DNA of 64,000 nucleotides from Cirrosporium novae-zelandiae (lineage: Eukaryota), in contig JAPETS010000007.1 of the NCBI GenBank assembly GCA_026023565.1, forward strand, positions 620,001-684,000. Reading direction: 5' to 3'. The notes beneath the pieces were generated by a model, which was given only the letters and a program-made list of their open reading frames with translations, searched no databases and was not told the origin of the DNA. A program made the position numbers and the translations under genes. Positions 62,339 to 64,000 of this stretch are shown piece after piece (position 1 is the stretch's first letter; every line of letters begins with the position of its first letter).

Positions 62339-64000
62339 TTATGCTGCGAAGGACGATACCATGTGGAGGGGTTTAGACTCCTTCCGGTAAGCCCAGCCTT
62401 TAATCGCCATTACAGTCAACATCCATGCCATAAGAAAGGCGGTCAAACCAAGTGCAATGACCGTGACGAACATGGCATCAAGGTCATAGTGGCTAAAAGC
62501 CTGAACAGTAGCACGGCTACTGAGCATGAAGATCACTCCACCAGAAATTAGACCGAAGGATGCGATAACCTCCGTAGGGGGTCTCGACGGGAGCATGGAA
62601 GTAGGCGGAGAGAGGTATGTCAAAGCGTAAGTAGCGATTCTTGCAAGACCAAAAATCATAAGCATAGTACCCCACTTCTTGTGGACCATAGAAGAAAGCA
62701 TCATGTCCTGAGAGTGATCTCCCATCATCGAACCGAGAAGCATGATAATAAGAGCAGGGAATGGATTCATAGAGACCGAATAGGTACTTGGTGGATGGAT
62801 ATCCTGATGTGTCTTGATCGCACCCCGACCCCCAACGGACACCTGGGCATTGATGGCTGAATTCGAATGAGCTAGAATACTTGTGTTCAACAAGTCTCGA
62901 ATCTTGGTGGATTCGAGGAACATACCACACTAAAGAAGAGGTTGTCAGCGATTCGTGTTTTACATTGTCACTCCCAGTCTTGCACTTACCAATCCCCCAC
63001 CAAAGAACAAAATCGCAATAGAAACATGCTCCAAATCCATGGAACTCCAGGCGGCACCCCAGGCAGTAAGATGCTCCAGCCAGACATTGATACAGCCGTA
63101 TAGCCAAATGACAAAAGATTCAGTGAATTCCGCAGAAGGAACTTTGGCTCTCCAACCGACAACGCCTTTGGAAGGGTTGACATTCCACGCCCATCCAAAG
63201 TTGGCAAAGCATCCCATCCAGCGTCCAAGGGTGAGTAATCCGTACCAAAAGAAAATACCACCTTTGATCCAATGCGCCAGACCATTGAATACTTCTGAAC
63301 CTTTCTATGAGGAGGTTAGATTACACCACAAAAAATCATGTGCGAGACTTACGAAGAATCCTCCATACGTAGCTACACCACTCAGTATCGCAATAAAGCC
63401 AAAGAGCAAACTTGTTCGATCGACCAGCTCATAGAAAATTTCAGTGGTTTTCAACAGTCCCCCTGATAATATTCCAGGGATATGCTTGGATAGAAAGCGA
63501 TCTAGTGCCGTATTGCGCAGAAGTCTTGGCTTGGTTTCACCCGTCTTTTCATCCTCCTCCCCATCCTCATCTTCGTGATAGGCCCTTCGGAAATCCTCAG
63601 CTTGGAGCGAGGAAAATTCTACACTTGGTGGGAATGAATCGCTTCTCCGCAGCGATGCGGACGTTGGCTCAGCTCCAACGCCACTATCCCTAGACCACCG
63701 GTATTCATGGGACATTCCCATCGATTCTGAACGATTGCGCTCCTCTATATTTTCGGTAGATACTGGAAGGAAAGCTGCCTGTTCATAACGAGTACCAGTA
63801 GTTTCTTTGCTTCGGCCAGTGTACAAAAACACTAGGCCCATGGTAACCTGTGCTAAAACTACCCACGTCGCAATCCATCCTATTTTGTGATGCGCATTGT
63901 TCTTGTAGAGGTCCGGAGTCTGGCTATTGTAAATGATCGAAAGAAGAACCCCAACACTGTTGAAGACCAGGAAAAGGAGCTGGACGGGTAGGGTAAACCG
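62339..64000 (-). CDS. YTP1-like integral membrane protein, 5' part beyond the window
   Basis: YKNNAHHKIGWI, NGLAHWIKGGIFFWYG, GWAWN, EFTESFVI, WLEHL, DLEHVSI, SMNPFPAL, PSRPPTEV. Confidence 0.88.

Overview
Gene-dense stretch of a filamentous ascomycete (Pezizomycotina, probably Eurotiomycetes-like) nuclear chromosome, with short spliceosomal introns. I can support 26 protein-coding genes: H2B (partial), H2A, NDUFB9, KGD2, BSD2, CBP6, AIM24, ATM1, an 80-aa microprotein, a YciI-like protein, an NAD(P)-binding oxidoreductase, PCM, CTP1, DHH1, SMC6, a CorA-like membrane protein, an MFS hexose transporter, RBD2, UBP8, CSR1, DAM1, HNT1, a Zn2Cys6 factor, an RTA1-family gene, a secreted alpha/beta hydrolase and a YTP1-like gene (partial). 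NDUFB9 and the microprotein are absent from the ORF track, and HNT1 and CBP6 appear only as fragments; all four were rebuilt by hand from splice signals. No tRNA, rRNA, CRISPR array or intact transposon was recognised, and I found no clear multi-gene novel system. Best leads: a divergent Upc2-like TF/RTA1 pair with repeated GTACGAA motifs, a bacterial-type intronless YciI gene, the STRE-rich microprotein locus, an organelle-targeting-like extension on Csr1, a GC-AG intron and MCB cluster at SMC6, a catalytic microexon in HNT1, and three gene-free gaps with unexplained splice-like signals. All family assignments come from recognising motifs by eye; no database search was run.
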